A DNA stretch of 64,000 nucleotides, from positions 1 to 64,000 of IMG/VR virus record IMGVR_UViG_3300021598_001271; one strand, given 5' to 3'. Under the pieces are notes generated by a model, which saw only the letters and a list, made by a program, of their open reading frames with translations, was not told where the DNA came from and searched no databases. This DNA is from a virus. Shown in pieces: positions 38,295 to 49,257 of this stretch. Positions within the stretch are counted from its first letter, which is position 1, and each line of letters opens with the position of its first letter. The translations under genes and the position numbers were made by a program.

Positions 38295-39317
38295 ATGAAC
38301 ATTGAGAAACTAACTGAAATTATCGAGGAAGTTAATAATGGAAATTGGGAAGAATATTCTCAGTATTTCAATAACGATATGGAATTGTTCATTAAAGTGA
38401 TTACCAAATATGGATTAATCGATTTAATAGACCCAATGTCGAATGACTTATCAGATTATCAAAACGATATTTTATACGTATTGGTAAATGAAAATCCTGA
38501 AAAATGGATTAACTTCATTTGCGAATCAGTTATCAATAGTGATATTACAAAAGAAGGTGATAGTTGGTACCTACATTTAAATGACCAAGAAGATTTAGGT
38601 GATTTATTTTATCACGGAAACCGTGAATCCACAAGAAATTTAGTTAAAAGTGTTTTAGGCGAGGATTCGTGGGAACCATATTGGGATACCACTGACGATG
38701 TTTATAGGGATGTTGTTGAGGAACTGAATGACGAAAACTTAAAAGTACTCTACTCAAGAATATTAAAAGAAGTTGAGGGTGAGACAATAGGTGCCGAAAC
38801 TGATTATTTAGAAGACCTGGATGATTCAGGTTCAGGTGAAATTGTAATTACCAAAGAAAACTTCGAAGGAATGTTCAAAGATGAAGAAACTATCAAATAC
38901 ATACTAAAGGAATATGCGGATGAGGTAAGACAAGAATTGTACAGTGTACATAGTAATTGTTATAACTCATCGTATGAAAGTGAAATTTATGATGATATTT
39001 GGAGTGAACTATCAACATTCTTTGAGGGTAGAACCGAATGGAAATCAAGACCATATAAATCAGACCCAAGTAAAACTCAATATTATTCATTAGTTAAAAT
39101 TAGAGACATTGGTGGTGATATTACAAATTTTTTATATGAGATGAAAGGTTCTCATTGGTCTCAAGATTCTTTAGAATATTACGGCTCTTATATGGGAATG
39201 TTAAAGAATGGAATGGATAATGATATTTGGGACTATTTAGATTTTAGAATACCTGATTATCCAGATTCAAGTAGAGTAGACGCTTGTATTAATGACGACT
39301 TTGGAAATTATTTTTAA
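38295..39317 (+). CDS. Acidic hypothetical protein
   Basis: TATTTAT at 38285. Confidence 0.75.
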   Translation: MNIEKLTEIIEEVNNGNWEEYSQYFNNDMELFIKVITKYGLIDLIDPMSNDLSDYQNDILYVLVNENPEKWINFICESVINSDITKEGDSWYLHLNDQEDLGDLFYHGNRESTRNLVKSVLGEDSWEPYWDTTDDVYRDVVEELNDENLKVLYSRILKEVEGETIGAETDYLEDLDDSGSGEIVITKENFEGMFKDEETIKYILKEYADEVRQELYSVHSNCYNSSYESEIYDDIWSELSTFFEGRTEWKSRPYKSDPSKTQYYSLVKIRDIGGDITNFLYEMKGSHWSQDSLEYYGSYMGMLKNGMDNDIWDYLDFRIPDYPDSSRVDACINDDFGNYF

Positions 39318-40144
39318 TGATTAAACTTATAGACATATTAAACGAATCGACAAGAGTTAAGATGGACCCTGATTTTAAAAGAGTCCTAAATAATGTTGTG
39401 GATATTATTTTCAAAAAAAGAAAAACAGGGTTTAAAAAATATACTGAGATTACTTCAATCCCAATTGAAATTGCCGATGGTACTCCAGGTACTGTAGAAA
39501 TTGTCGTTGACCCTGAATTAGAACATTATGGTATATTAGACGTTAAAGTTGAGGATAGTACCGACCCTAACGATTTCATAATTAAGATTAATCCTAATGA
39601 AGTTAAAAGTAAAAAAGGATTATACCAAACTCTATACCACGAAATAATGCACGCCACGGACCCAATGTTTAGTACTAAGTCCACCGAATCTTTTTGGGAT
39701 ACTTATGACCCTGAGATGGACGAGAAATACTGGGGTCACCCTGTAGAATTCAGAGCAATTACTAATGAATTTATTGAAGGTTTAATTAATGAATTCACGT
39801 TAAGAAAATCTAGAGTTAAAAACCCTACAAGTATAGAATCACTTAAAAAATCATTAGATAATATTATGAACCATTTCTCAAATGGTGATAAGTTATCAAT
39901 ATTATCTACAGACATTATTGGTGATATGTATGGGTCAGAAGAAATGACTAGGTCAAGAATGGTCTTGAACAATATACTAATTGATAATCCCGAGATTTCA
40001 GATGTATTACGTAAAACAGAAAGAAATTTAGAGTATATGGTTGTTCTTGAGTTGGTTAAAAAATATAGCGGTTCTGATTGGAAGAGATTCTTAGGGATGT
40101 TATACAAAGCGTCTGAAGAAATAAAAGAAATTCTAAATAAGTAA
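39317..40144 (+). CDS. Leader-bearing HExxH metallopeptidase-like protein
   Basis: MIKLIDILNE; LYHEIMHA..Y..HPVEFRA. Confidence 0.7.
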   Translation: MIKLIDILNESTRVKMDPDFKRVLNNVVDIIFKKRKTGFKKYTEITSIPIEIADGTPGTVEIVVDPELEHYGILDVKVEDSTDPNDFIIKINPNEVKSKKGLYQTLYHEIMHATDPMFSTKSTESFWDTYDPEMDEKYWGHPVEFRAITNEFIEGLINEFTLRKSRVKNPTSIESLKKSLDNIMNHFSNGDKLSILSTDIIGDMYGSEEMTRSRMVLNNILIDNPEISDVLRKTERNLEYMVVLELVKKYSGSDWKRFLGMLYKASEEIKEILNK

Positions 40145-40200
40145 TTTTCTATTTAACCTTTGACTTAATTTTTCTATTATTACATCAAATAATAATTAGA

Positions 40201-41016
40201 ATGAAATTAATCAATTTGAATACTAAATTAGGTGTAATAAACTTATTTTCAGATTACATATTAAAACATATAAATCCAAAACATAATAGTATTATCCAAG
40301 TGACCGATGTTGGTCATTTTATAATAATTAACGGAACAACAGATTCATCAGATTTATTAGATTTTTCAAAAATAAAAGATGACTTTATTTCTGAACATCA
40401 TAATCTGTTATTGAGTGTTGGGTATTCTGAAAATTTGAATACTATGGATTTAATAAAATATAGTACAAAAATTGTAGAAGGAGATAACAGGTATTTATGG
40501 TCTACCTTCTATAATTCAACAAGACCGTTATATCATCAAGAAGTTATTGACGCCAGTAAATCTGATAAATCAGTTTATTCTATAGATTATAAAGATGGTG
40601 TGGTTTATGAAGTTGATTACAATTCATATATATCACCTTCAAAATTTAATACAATCCCACAACAAATTACCTCATCATTCCCACACGGTTATAGTTTATC
40701 TATGGGTAGAGGTTTATTATACTATTCTGAATATATCGCAAATCAAATTATCAGACCATCTATGACGAATAAGATAGATTTGTTTTTAACTAATAGAAAG
40801 AATAATGAAGATGAAATAATGTTAGAAGTAAAATTCAAATCTAACATTTCTGAAGAAACAATTAAATCAATGATACTTGATGTGTTCTCATTTGATTATG
40901 ACAAATTCAACAAGGATATTGAGGGGTACGATTTATGTGACGACATAAAAAAACCAACCGAAGTTAAGCCTTGGTTGGTTAATGATGTTAATCCTAAAGA
41001 TTTGATTGTATTTTAA
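40201..41016 (+). CDS. Hypothetical protein, possibly a degenerate MetK-like fold
   Basis: NLFSDYIL, IIINGTT, PHG..R..YYSEYIA, KPW end echo MetK spacing. Confidence 0.4.
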   Translation: MKLINLNTKLGVINLFSDYILKHINPKHNSIIQVTDVGHFIIINGTTDSSDLLDFSKIKDDFISEHHNLLLSVGYSENLNTMDLIKYSTKIVEGDNRYLWSTFYNSTRPLYHQEVIDASKSDKSVYSIDYKDGVVYEVDYNSYISPSKFNTIPQQITSSFPHGYSLSMGRGLLYYSEYIANQIIRPSMTNKIDLFLTNRKNNEDEIMLEVKFKSNISEETIKSMILDVFSFDYDKFNKDIEGYDLCDDIKKPTEVKPWLVNDVNPKDLIVF

Positions 41017-41309
41017 GAATTAAAGTTAGTATAACTTTCTTTAATTATTTTAACTCCGTCAACAATTTCATTGTAATCTCTTTCAGGGGCATAAAACTTA
41101 GTATTGTGGGTTTCTCCATCGCTTTCAATTATCATAAAAGCGGGTACAAAATCATTACCACCAACCGCTTTAACAAATAAATCATATTCCTCACTTTCTT
41201 CATCAATATCTCTATCGATAAATGGGATGTCTAATTTATCGAGTTGTTCTTTCATCTCAACACAGTACGGACATCCCTTCATTGAGTATATAACGACTAG
41301 TTGTTCCAT
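41013..41309 (-). CDS. Glutaredoxin
   Basis: GCPYC and VP motifs. Confidence 0.85.
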   Translation of the reverse strand: MEQLVVIYSMKGCPYCVEMKEQLDKLDIPFIDRDIDEESEEYDLFVKAVGGNDFVPAFMIIESDGETHNTKFYAPERDYNEIVDGVKIIKESYTNFNS

Positions 41310-41626
41310 TATACAAATCTTTCACTCATTTCCATTATGACGTTAGTCTGTTTCAACCCAACTTCAGAAAACACTTCTGAACCGTTTGCAAAACCTTTAA
41401 TTGTAGGTACACTTCTTAACCCTAATTCAGATACAAACTCTCGGTCACTTTCAATATCAAAAGTATATAATTGAACTTCAGAATTATTACCTCTTAAGGT
41501 TTCACCAACACTTTCAAACATCGGTTTCATTACCTTACAAGGTCCACACCAAGGAGCCCAAAAATCCACAATTAATTTTTCTCCATTTTTAATTTTTTCT
41601 TTTAATTCTACAGACGTGATTTCCAT
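41309..41626 (-). CDS. trxA: Thioredoxin
   Basis: DFWAPWCGPCK. Confidence 0.92.
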   Translation of the reverse strand: MEITSVELKEKIKNGEKLIVDFWAPWCGPCKVMKPMFESVGETLRGNNSEVQLYTFDIESDREFVSELGLRSVPTIKGFANGSEVFSEVGLKQTNVIMEMSERFV

Positions 41627-41630
41627 TTTG

Positions 41631-41954
41631 TTATTTTATTTTTTTTAAATTGTTTATAAAGATTTTCAATTCTTCGTATTGTTTTATTTTGTATACCACC
41701 TTTAATGTAAATACCTCACTCTCACCCTTTCTGTTTAAACATATGTAAAATCCGCTAGTATGTTTAAACGCCGCTTCATAATGATTAATACGTGAATTAA
41801 CATACTTAGTCATCAAATATATTGGACTATATATTTTTGAGTATTTTTCATCATTTAATAGTGTTGATGGGTTTAAGACTTCACTATCAATCTCAATGAT
41901 TGAATAGATTTCATCAGTCAAACTATTATAGAATTTATTAAAGATATCTAACAT
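41631..41954 (-). CDS. Hypothetical protein
   Basis: Operonic ORF. Confidence 0.55.
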   Translation of the reverse strand: MLDIFNKFYNSLTDEIYSIIEIDSEVLNPSTLLNDEKYSKIYSPIYLMTKYVNSRINHYEAAFKHTSGFYICLNRKGESEVFTLKVVYKIKQYEELKIFINNLKKIK

Positions 41955-41976
41955 ATTGAAATTATAATTTAAATTA

Positions 41977-43695
41977 TTAAAAATTAAACTCCTCTATCAA
42001 ATTATCAAGACCATTATTATAGTAATTAGGTCTTAAACCATTTTTTAGAAATGGACTTACCCACTCAACAGTCCTCCACTCATTACCTGATGTAAAGCAA
42101 CTTTCAGATATAATAGACTGATTCTTAAAGTCAACTTTAACTTTTGGTAGTTTGAAACTTTTTTCAACTAAAGAATTAATTCTATTATCAAGTTCTTCAA
42201 TCACCAAATCCCATTTACCATCTAAAGATTTATTAAACCTACCCAAAGTCTGAACTCTTTTTAACTTAAATCCCTTTTCACCACTTTTCATTATCATATA
42301 TTCAATAGTCGCTCTCTCATCAGAATCTATGTCATTCTCTCTAAATGACACAATTAATGAAGACGCCTTATCAATATATGTTTTAACACAATTGTGTTGT
42401 CTACTCGACTCAGAATTATACTGGTGAGAGTTTAATAACACCACAGGATGATACTCAATAGAGTTGACATTATATATTGGTTGTTCAACTCCATTTATAA
42501 AGTCTTCATCATAATATCTAGTGTAACTTCCTTTAGTATAGTGAGAATATCTATCGGTCCAATCTTCGTGTTCCCTTCTAAATGTCATTGAATCGTATGA
42601 CTTCCATTTAATATCCTCCAATGGTTTCAACATCACATAGAAATTAACGTGGTCAATGAATGTCTGAATATTTTGAGTACTCTTAATCATACCCTCAAAA
42701 ACTTTAAAGGCATTTTTCTTTTCTAAATCAGTAAGGGTTTCAATATCTCCTGGCATTTGATAACCACTCTTAAACTCAAAAATGTTTTTAAGTGATTCAG
42801 TACTTTGGTGTTTTAAAAACTTCTCACCAAAAAAATTCTCAACCTGTTTATAGAATTGGTCATTAATGAAACTAACTTCGTGAAGAACTTTACGCAATTT
42901 ATCTCCATTAAATCCTTTATTTAACATATAAGAATCTAATAATTTACCACCTGTTTTTTTCAAAACTCTTTTACTTGGTAATGGAATAGTATGTCTAAAT
43001 ACTAAACAGTTATTTGGTACTTTAATATTTCTATTCTTTAGGAAATTAAGGTAAAATATTTCATCCCAATTATATCCTGACATCACATCGATATTTGGGA
43101 TTTTACTCACAAATACGTTTAATGCTTGTGATAAAATTTCTTTAGCAGAATCTTCACTATCTTTTTTATATGGTGAAAATACGTTATGAAATGCCACTTC
43201 AATTGATGCAAAAGGATTAGACGCAAAAAAGTTACGTCTAACCGAACTAGAGTATTTCTTTTTCTTAAACCCATTAGTTATTTGACCAAAGAACAAATCA
43301 TTCTTATCAAATTTATAAGTAATAAATTTAACTTGGGATTGTTTTCTAAAATATGGTTTTCCAACGTCTCTATGTTTCATATATTGAAACAACTTAATGG
43401 ACACTTTAGTATCATCACCTTCAACAACTAAAGTAACTCGTTCAAGATGAACCGTACACATAGGGTTACCAAATTCTTTAACAAAATTCTCTTCGGTGTT
43501 TGAGGATTTTAAATAATCAAACATAGGATGTTTTGCGGTACCACTAATTCTACCTGTAACAACATTTAAATCACCACTCCAAATATCAATCTCCCCCTCA
43601 TTAGTCTTTTCGTTAACTAACACTGGTAAGTTATTGTGGTCTTTATGGTAAACCGTATTAAATTTCTCGTATTTTCTCTTAAAAAAAACTTCCAT
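41977..43695 (-). CDS. PcfJ-like domain protein
   Basis: ES.RQHNCVKTY..RATIEY..VQ..GRFN. Confidence 0.75.
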   Translation of the reverse strand: MEVFFKRKYEKFNTVYHKDHNNLPVLVNEKTNEGEIDIWSGDLNVVTGRISGTAKHPMFDYLKSSNTEENFVKEFGNPMCTVHLERVTLVVEGDDTKVSIKLFQYMKHRDVGKPYFRKQSQVKFITYKFDKNDLFFGQITNGFKKKKYSSSVRRNFFASNPFASIEVAFHNVFSPYKKDSEDSAKEILSQALNVFVSKIPNIDVMSGYNWDEIFYLNFLKNRNIKVPNNCLVFRHTIPLPSKRVLKKTGGKLLDSYMLNKGFNGDKLRKVLHEVSFINDQFYKQVENFFGEKFLKHQSTESLKNIFEFKSGYQMPGDIETLTDLEKKNAFKVFEGMIKSTQNIQTFIDHVNFYVMLKPLEDIKWKSYDSMTFRREHEDWTDRYSHYTKGSYTRYYDEDFINGVEQPIYNVNSIEYHPVVLLNSHQYNSESSRQHNCVKTYIDKASSLIVSFRENDIDSDERATIEYMIMKSGEKGFKLKRVQTLGRFNKSLDGKWDLVIEELDNRINSLVEKSFKLPKVKVDFKNQSIISESCFTSGNEWRTVEWVSPFLKNGLRPNYYNNGLDNLIEEFNF

Positions 43696-43734
43696 ATACT
43701 TCTAGTAAAAAGGGGGTATTACCCCCCTTGTTAA

Positions 43735-44493
43735 TTAACAATAAGTTTCAGCTAATTCCCAAAGTTTGGTATTAACATTGTTAACCACTGAGATGTTTTT
43801 CAATTCTCTCATTGAAGTCAATCGACCTCTACCTGAACGATATCCAACACCACCACGAACCATCTTCTCCTGTACTACGTTGAATACTTTCCACAAACTG
43901 TTTCCAACATCTCCGTCTCGTAAAGGATTAAGGATTTCTTCGATAGACATTGTTGACGGCATATTACCTTCTTTCCAACGGATTGCTGCAGCTCCTTTAA
44001 CAAACCCAACTTTCTCATCCATAGTTAACTCTCTGTTTTCCATTTTAGACAATGATTCTTGAATGATTGGAAGACGTGAAGCAAAACTATCAGTTAGACG
44101 ACGAACCTCTCCTAAATCAAAGTTTTGGTGACGGATATTGAATTGTTCAGCCAATGAAGTAGGTACTGTCAATCCATTAGAACATACTAAACGGTGTAGT
44201 CCTGAACTAACTGAAAATGTAGTTAAACCATTGTGAGAATTACGAATAACCGCTTCAATCAATGAGTCACCAACCGCTGGAAGTTCTCCGTTACGAAGAC
44301 GGATTTCGTGTGTCGCAAATTGACTACGACCTGTTTGTTTTGCCGAATAAACTTGCCAACCTTCTTGTTCAAAATTCTCCAAAATATCCATAGTCGGAAC
44401 AAACGTATATTTGTCAGACATTTTTGGTGAAGGTGAAGTTGTAAAAATTGCAGGTACCTGAGATTTAAGGGTTTCAAAATTTAATGGAGTCAT
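43735..44493 (-). CDS. DUF932/DUF945-family protein
   Basis: YTFVPT, NSHNG, RLVCSNGL, LWKVFNVVQE, N..LW. Confidence 0.85.
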   Translation of the reverse strand: MTPLNFETLKSQVPAIFTTSPSPKMSDKYTFVPTMDILENFEQEGWQVYSAKQTGRSQFATHEIRLRNGELPAVGDSLIEAVIRNSHNGLTTFSVSSGLHRLVCSNGLTVPTSLAEQFNIRHQNFDLGEVRRLTDSFASRLPIIQESLSKMENRELTMDEKVGFVKGAAAIRWKEGNMPSTMSIEEILNPLRDGDVGNSLWKVFNVVQEKMVRGGVGYRSGRGRLTSMRELKNISVVNNVNTKLWELAETYC

Positions 44494-44545
44494 ATCTTAT
44501 TGTTTTAGAATACAAAGATATGAATAAATCTTGGATATACAAAAT

Positions 44546-44836
44546 TTAATTTAAACAAATTTGACCAAATTTAGTATCTAAGAAAATACTATTAATCTTT
44601 TTTTCTTCAACAGGTTTGTTAACTTCATTAAACATATCAACGACAATATCAACCATCTGTTTTTTGGTCAAGGCGGCATCTCCATTATCGGAATAATTTT
44701 TGTCCGACAATATCTTAATTCTTTCGTAGAATATTTCTTTATTTAAGTTACCAATCAAAGTAAAAAGGTCTTTCGGATTTGACTCGAAAAACCTTATCAT
44801 TTGACTGACATAGATTTCTACGTCAATTTTGCTCAT
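44546..44836 (-). CDS. Hypothetical protein
   Basis: 96-aa ORF. Confidence 0.6.
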   Translation of the reverse strand: MSKIDVEIYVSQMIRFFESNPKDLFTLIGNLNKEIFYERIKILSDKNYSDNGDAALTKKQMVDIVVDMFNEVNKPVEEKKINSIFLDTKFGQICLN

Positions 44837-44843
44837 AATTTAA

Positions 44844-46238
44844 TTACATTTTTTTAGTAAAGAATCCACTACCGCTTGAACCTTCTTCCCCGAATTTTTC
44901 AGTGAAAGATTGTGACAAGTTTGGTTTAGAACCTTTAAGGTTAACAAACATTAGGTTAGGTAATTGAATAACAGACTCAGGTAAACTTGATAATTTAGGA
45001 TTATCAGGTAAAGCTAAGAACGATAAGTTAGTTAATTGACCGATTTCATTAGGTAATGATTTAACACAATTCATTAATAACAACGCTTCTAAGTTTTTAA
45101 ATCTACCCAAAGTACTTGGGACATCTAAAGCAATAGTTTCATTTGATTTGTTGTTAAATAATAAATTAGTGATATCGTCAGGTAAACTAGCGAAGAACTC
45201 ATCAAATCCATACAATGCAATGAATTTAGCTGCAGAACTGTTAGGATATTCAATTTCAACTTTCTTACCACCTGAAGTCGTCATACCTTTAGCAAATTCA
45301 GGTTTAAAGTATTCTTTAAGTTCAGACATTGACCCATTTAAGTATTGAATTAAATCAATTCTATGGTCCGCTCTATCCATAAATTGAGAAGACGGGAAAT
45401 GGAATTGAAATCTTTCTTGAGGTAAACCAGTTCTTTTACCAACACTTCCTTTATCGTCATTAGCTAAGATAACATATAACGGTCCATCTTTAGCATAATT
45501 TCTAAAGTAACTTGAGTTTGGTGGTGAAGTACACCATCTAGATTCTCCATTATCGTAATCATAATATCCCCCATACCAACTAGCAGCCTCTTGAGCCTTT
45601 TCATCAACACCTTCAATTTTAATAACAGTCCATTTATCTCCTGTGAATTCAACAGTGGCGCCAGGGTGAGAGAAACCTTCTCTCTCTTTTCTAATTTCTT
45701 TTTTTAGTTCTTTCTTTTCTAACTCTTTTTGTTTCTTCTCAGGAAGTTTAAAAGATTGTAAGAATCTAAATAATTCGTCAGGATTTGAGAATCTATTGAT
45801 GTCTCTCTTATCCTGAGGAAAATATTGTTTGTATTTTGTAAACTTTTTAAGGTCCCCGTTCACTTTAAACAAATCCTCCATAAACAAATCACGATACTCT
45901 TGTACCATTTTTTTATATTCAGGAGTACCAGGTTGTACATCATCTCTTTCATCGTTGAAGGTACCAGGTGTTATGTAAGTCTTAAGTAACCAATTAGTAT
46001 ACGCTCCTGGTTGAACTCTTGATAAATTTTCAACCGTAACATCACTCTCATCAAAGTTTTGTGGTTTCTTAGTTGTAGGGTCGGCAAAGATAATTCTTGA
46101 TAAATCAAGTAAATCCATAATAGGTTTTATCTCCTTACCAGTCTTCTTGTCCTTCTTTTTAGAGGTATATTTGTCTAATAGAACATCAAACCTAGACTGC
46201 TCCATTAATATGTTAACTAAAGTATTACTTAATCTCAT
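44844..46238 (-). CDS. Leader-bearing protein with WCT domain and C-terminal leucine-rich repeats
   Basis: ILMEQ; SRWCT; LPNEIGQLTNLSFLAL..N.KLSSLPES. Confidence 0.75.
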   Translation of the reverse strand: MRLSNTLVNILMEQSRFDVLLDKYTSKKKDKKTGKEIKPIMDLLDLSRIIFADPTTKKPQNFDESDVTVENLSRVQPGAYTNWLLKTYITPGTFNDERDDVQPGTPEYKKMVQEYRDLFMEDLFKVNGDLKKFTKYKQYFPQDKRDINRFSNPDELFRFLQSFKLPEKKQKELEKKELKKEIRKEREGFSHPGATVEFTGDKWTVIKIEGVDEKAQEAASWYGGYYDYDNGESRWCTSPPNSSYFRNYAKDGPLYVILANDDKGSVGKRTGLPQERFQFHFPSSQFMDRADHRIDLIQYLNGSMSELKEYFKPEFAKGMTTSGGKKVEIEYPNSSAAKFIALYGFDEFFASLPDDITNLLFNNKSNETIALDVPSTLGRFKNLEALLLMNCVKSLPNEIGQLTNLSFLALPDNPKLSSLPESVIQLPNLMFVNLKGSKPNLSQSFTEKFGEEGSSGSGFFTKKM

Positions 46239-46283
46239 TATCCGTATTGTTTTAATATAAATATTTGATAAAGCAAAAATAGA

Positions 46284-47123
46284 TTAATAATTCATAATTA
46301 ACAACTCTTCACCCATATTTTGTGTCTTACCTTTTTTAGCGGCAGCCGCCTTTGCAAACTCTTTTTTCTCCCAACGATATTGATTCTCAGGAAACCAAGT
46401 ATGTAAAAGTTCAAAGTCATAATAAGACAAACTAAACTTACCTTGGATGTTATATAAGACATTCGCAAGTCTTTCGTGGTCATTTCTATCAAAATCGTGA
46501 TTAGAATAATAGTTTTCGGTTTTCCAGTATGGAGGGTCCAAATATATGTATGTGGTTGGCGAATCATACTTTGCAATCACGTCTGCAAAATCCATATTCT
46601 CAACTTCAGTTATTCTTAAGAAATGTTCCACCCAATCAGGTTTAGATAATTTATCTCTGAATGTAAGATACTTTGATTTATACTTACCTTTTAGGTCAAT
46701 GAATGAACTTGTTTCAGGTTTACTACCACTAAACACTTGGGTTAATACATACGCATATTTAGCCGCAACAGTATAATCATAAGCATTTACGCTGAAATTT
46801 TCCGCAAATATTTCAGCTTGGAACCTTACAAATTGTTCACGATATATTGCAGGCGTATTCTCCTCACCTACTTGTTGACAAGGAATTGCATTAATCGCTT
46901 CTAATAATAGTGTTGGGTTTTTAATACACTGAAACAAATTATAGTTTAATGGGTTAAAGTCGTTATATACAACTTTTTTAAGATTAGGATACTTTGTTAA
47001 GTCCATATTAAAGAAACACCAGAACATACCTCCAAATGTTTCTACGTATGTCTCCATATCCTCAGGGTAAAAAGGAACTATCCATTTACCAATTTTACTT
47101 TTACCTCCGATGTACGATAGCAT
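46284..47123 (-). CDS. DNA adenine methyltransferase, Dam/D12 family
   Basis: YIGGKS, YVETFGG, YNDFN, YLDPPY. Confidence 0.9.
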   Translation of the reverse strand: MLSYIGGKSKIGKWIVPFYPEDMETYVETFGGMFWCFFNMDLTKYPNLKKVVYNDFNPLNYNLFQCIKNPTLLLEAINAIPCQQVGEENTPAIYREQFVRFQAEIFAENFSVNAYDYTVAAKYAYVLTQVFSGSKPETSSFIDLKGKYKSKYLTFRDKLSKPDWVEHFLRITEVENMDFADVIAKYDSPTTYIYLDPPYWKTENYYSNHDFDRNDHERLANVLYNIQGKFSLSYYDFELLHTWFPENQYRWEKKEFAKAAAAKKGKTQNMGEELLIMNY

Positions 47124-47237
47124 AATTATTTGATTTTGATTAAATATAAGAAATAAAACTCAAAAAGGCAAATGGTTTAACTATTTTTTTTATTGACATA
47201 GTCCGATTTTTGAAGTAACTTTACTAAAAGAATTAAA

Positions 47238-47528
47238 ATGGTTAGTGTAACATCCTATAAGTTTATTTATGATAATTTAGGTTTAGAACACATTAAGTGT
47301 TGTCTAAATAATAACAAATTTTTTGACATCGAAATCGATGACTTTTTTTTCTATCTTTTAGATTTAGATAAAAATTTAAAATTATATTCTGACAAATTCA
47401 ATAATTGGGATGAATTAGTGTGTGATTTATCCACTTTGGGGTATCCTTTTGAAACTTATTTTGAATCATACATCAACACTCAGTTTAGTGAGGAAGAATT
47501 AGTGGAATTCACATACAGTTATATTTAA
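47238..47528 (+). CDS. Hypothetical protein
   Basis: 96-aa ORF. Confidence 0.5.
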   Translation: MVSVTSYKFIYDNLGLEHIKCCLNNNKFFDIEIDDFFFYLLDLDKNLKLYSDKFNNWDELVCDLSTLGYPFETYFESYINTQFSEEELVEFTYSYI

Positions 47529-47532
47529 AAAT

Positions 47533-47676
47533 ATGGAAGAAAAAAATTGTAGATTTTGTAAACGAGTTAAAAAACGTATTAACAAATACGTTATAATATC
47601 AATATACTTATTAATTTTAGTTATCATTGGACAAATCGAATTAATTAGATTTATACTGTCGTTGTTTCGTCCCTAG
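47533..47676 (+). CDS. Small membrane peptide with CxxC (47 aa, absent from ORF track)
   Basis: [10 protein letters not shown] followed by a TM segment. Confidence 0.55.
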   Translation: MEEKNCRFCKRVKKRINKYVIISIYLLILVIIGQIELIRFILSLFRP

Positions 47677-48607
47677 TATATTTTACATTCATTTTAATCA
47701 GTAAATCCCCAACAAATCCATTATTAAGTTTAAATCCTTTTTGTCTAACTCTTAAAGGAACTTGTGTGTTAAACTCTTTAGGGAATTTAACAGATATCTT
47801 ACCATCAGGATGACTAACTTGGAAATCATTATTCTTCAAGTCTTCTAAATTAAAGAACGCATTATATACTAAATCATTATTGTATTTTTCAAAACCATCC
47901 TTATTAACAAGTTTAACTTTTAATATAACGTCACCAATAACTCCATTAACAAAATCTCCTTTACCTGGTACTCTCAACATTTGTCCATCATCAACATTTC
48001 TTGGAAAATTAATTGTCAAAGAATCTACAGTATCTTTATTTCCAAATCCATTACAACTATAACATTTATTTCTAAATGTAAAACCTCTACCTTCACAAGA
48101 TGTACAAGATGTTTTTAGTATTTGAGTGAACATACCTGTACCAACTCTCTGGTGAACAAACCCTTGTCCTCCACAAGTTAAACATCCTGTCTTCTCCCCA
48201 CCACCACCTGAACAAGGTTCACAAGCAATTTTCTTAGAGAAATTAATACTTTTAGACGTACCTAAAAAAGACTCAACAACAGTTAATTGAATCTCAACTA
48301 ATTTTTCAGGAGTTCGAGGTCTTCTATTATTCATATTATTGAACATCTGATTTATCATATCGTCCATAGAACCTCCTCCACCTCCAAAAGGATTTTGTCC
48401 TGCAAATGGATTATTCAATCTATTATCATAATCACGTCTTTTGGTCTCATCACCAATAACATCATAAGCTTCCGCAATTTGTTTAAATTTTTCTTCACCC
48501 TGTGGATTCTTATCGGGATGATACTCTATCGCAAGTTTTCGATACACCTTCTTAATCTCCTCTTGAGTTGCGTCTTTACTTACTCCTAAAATTTCGTAAT
48601 AATTCAT
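47651..48607 (-). CDS. dnaJ: DnaJ chaperone
   Basis: J domain with HPD, G/F region, four CxxCxGxG repeats. Confidence 0.93.
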   Translation of the reverse strand: MNYYEILGVSKDATQEEIKKVYRKLAIEYHPDKNPQGEEKFKQIAEAYDVIGDETKRRDYDNRLNNPFAGQNPFGGGGGSMDDMINQMFNNMNNRRPRTPEKLVEIQLTVVESFLGTSKSINFSKKIACEPCSGGGGEKTGCLTCGGQGFVHQRVGTGMFTQILKTSCTSCEGRGFTFRNKCYSCNGFGNKDTVDSLTINFPRNVDDGQMLRVPGKGDFVNGVIGDVILKVKLVNKDGFEKYNNDLVYNAFFNLEDLKNNDFQVSHPDGKISVKFPKEFNTQVPLRVRQKGFKLNNGFVGDLLIKMNVKYTRDETTTV

Positions 48608-48609
48608 AT

Positions 48610-49257
48610 ATGAATGGTGATTATATTATAGTTCTATTTAAGAATAAACAGAGATATAAAATAATAAAGCAATATAAAACGTATAAAAACGCATTAAGTT
48701 TATTTAAATCAATGATTGATGAAAATAAAGAAGTTGTGTTCGATGTCCAAACAGAAAATGGTAAGGATGTTAAATACGAGATTGCATTATTAGAGAAAAG
48801 TTCTGCGAAACTAATACCTATGTTTATGACAGATGAAATGGGTAGGAATGTCAAAGTAGATGTTGACAATCCTGACTATACTATAACAAAAATTGAAAGT
48901 TATCGAATCCCTGAAAAAATACAAAACATAACAACCAATGAAAGGGTAGAAGTAAATCAACTAATTAAAAAATACATTACAGATTCTTCCTTAAAATTAG
49001 TATCTAAATTGAATAACAAAATAATCATTCAGGATGATGATAAATTCAATGTATTTGCAACTAAGTCAATATACGATGCCGAAAGATTTCTAAATAATTT
49101 AGAATCTTATATGATTTCAAATAATAGACGTAATTGTTTAATAGTAAAAGATAGTAGTATTGAGCAAAAAAAATACCTCTATGAGGTATTATCTAATCAG
49201 GGGTTTAGTAAAAAAATGTTATATAGAACTTCGACTACTCATCTAAAAGATAAATAA
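48610..49257 (+). CDS. Hypothetical protein
   Basis: Long ORF; ATG at 48610. Confidence 0.65.
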   Translation: MNGDYIIVLFKNKQRYKIIKQYKTYKNALSLFKSMIDENKEVVFDVQTENGKDVKYEIALLEKSSAKLIPMFMTDEMGRNVKVDVDNPDYTITKIESYRIPEKIQNITTNERVEVNQLIKKYITDSSLKLVSKLNNKIIIQDDDKFNVFATKSIYDAERFLNNLESYMISNNRRNCLIVKDSSIEQKKYLYEVLSNQGFSKKMLYRTSTTHLKDK

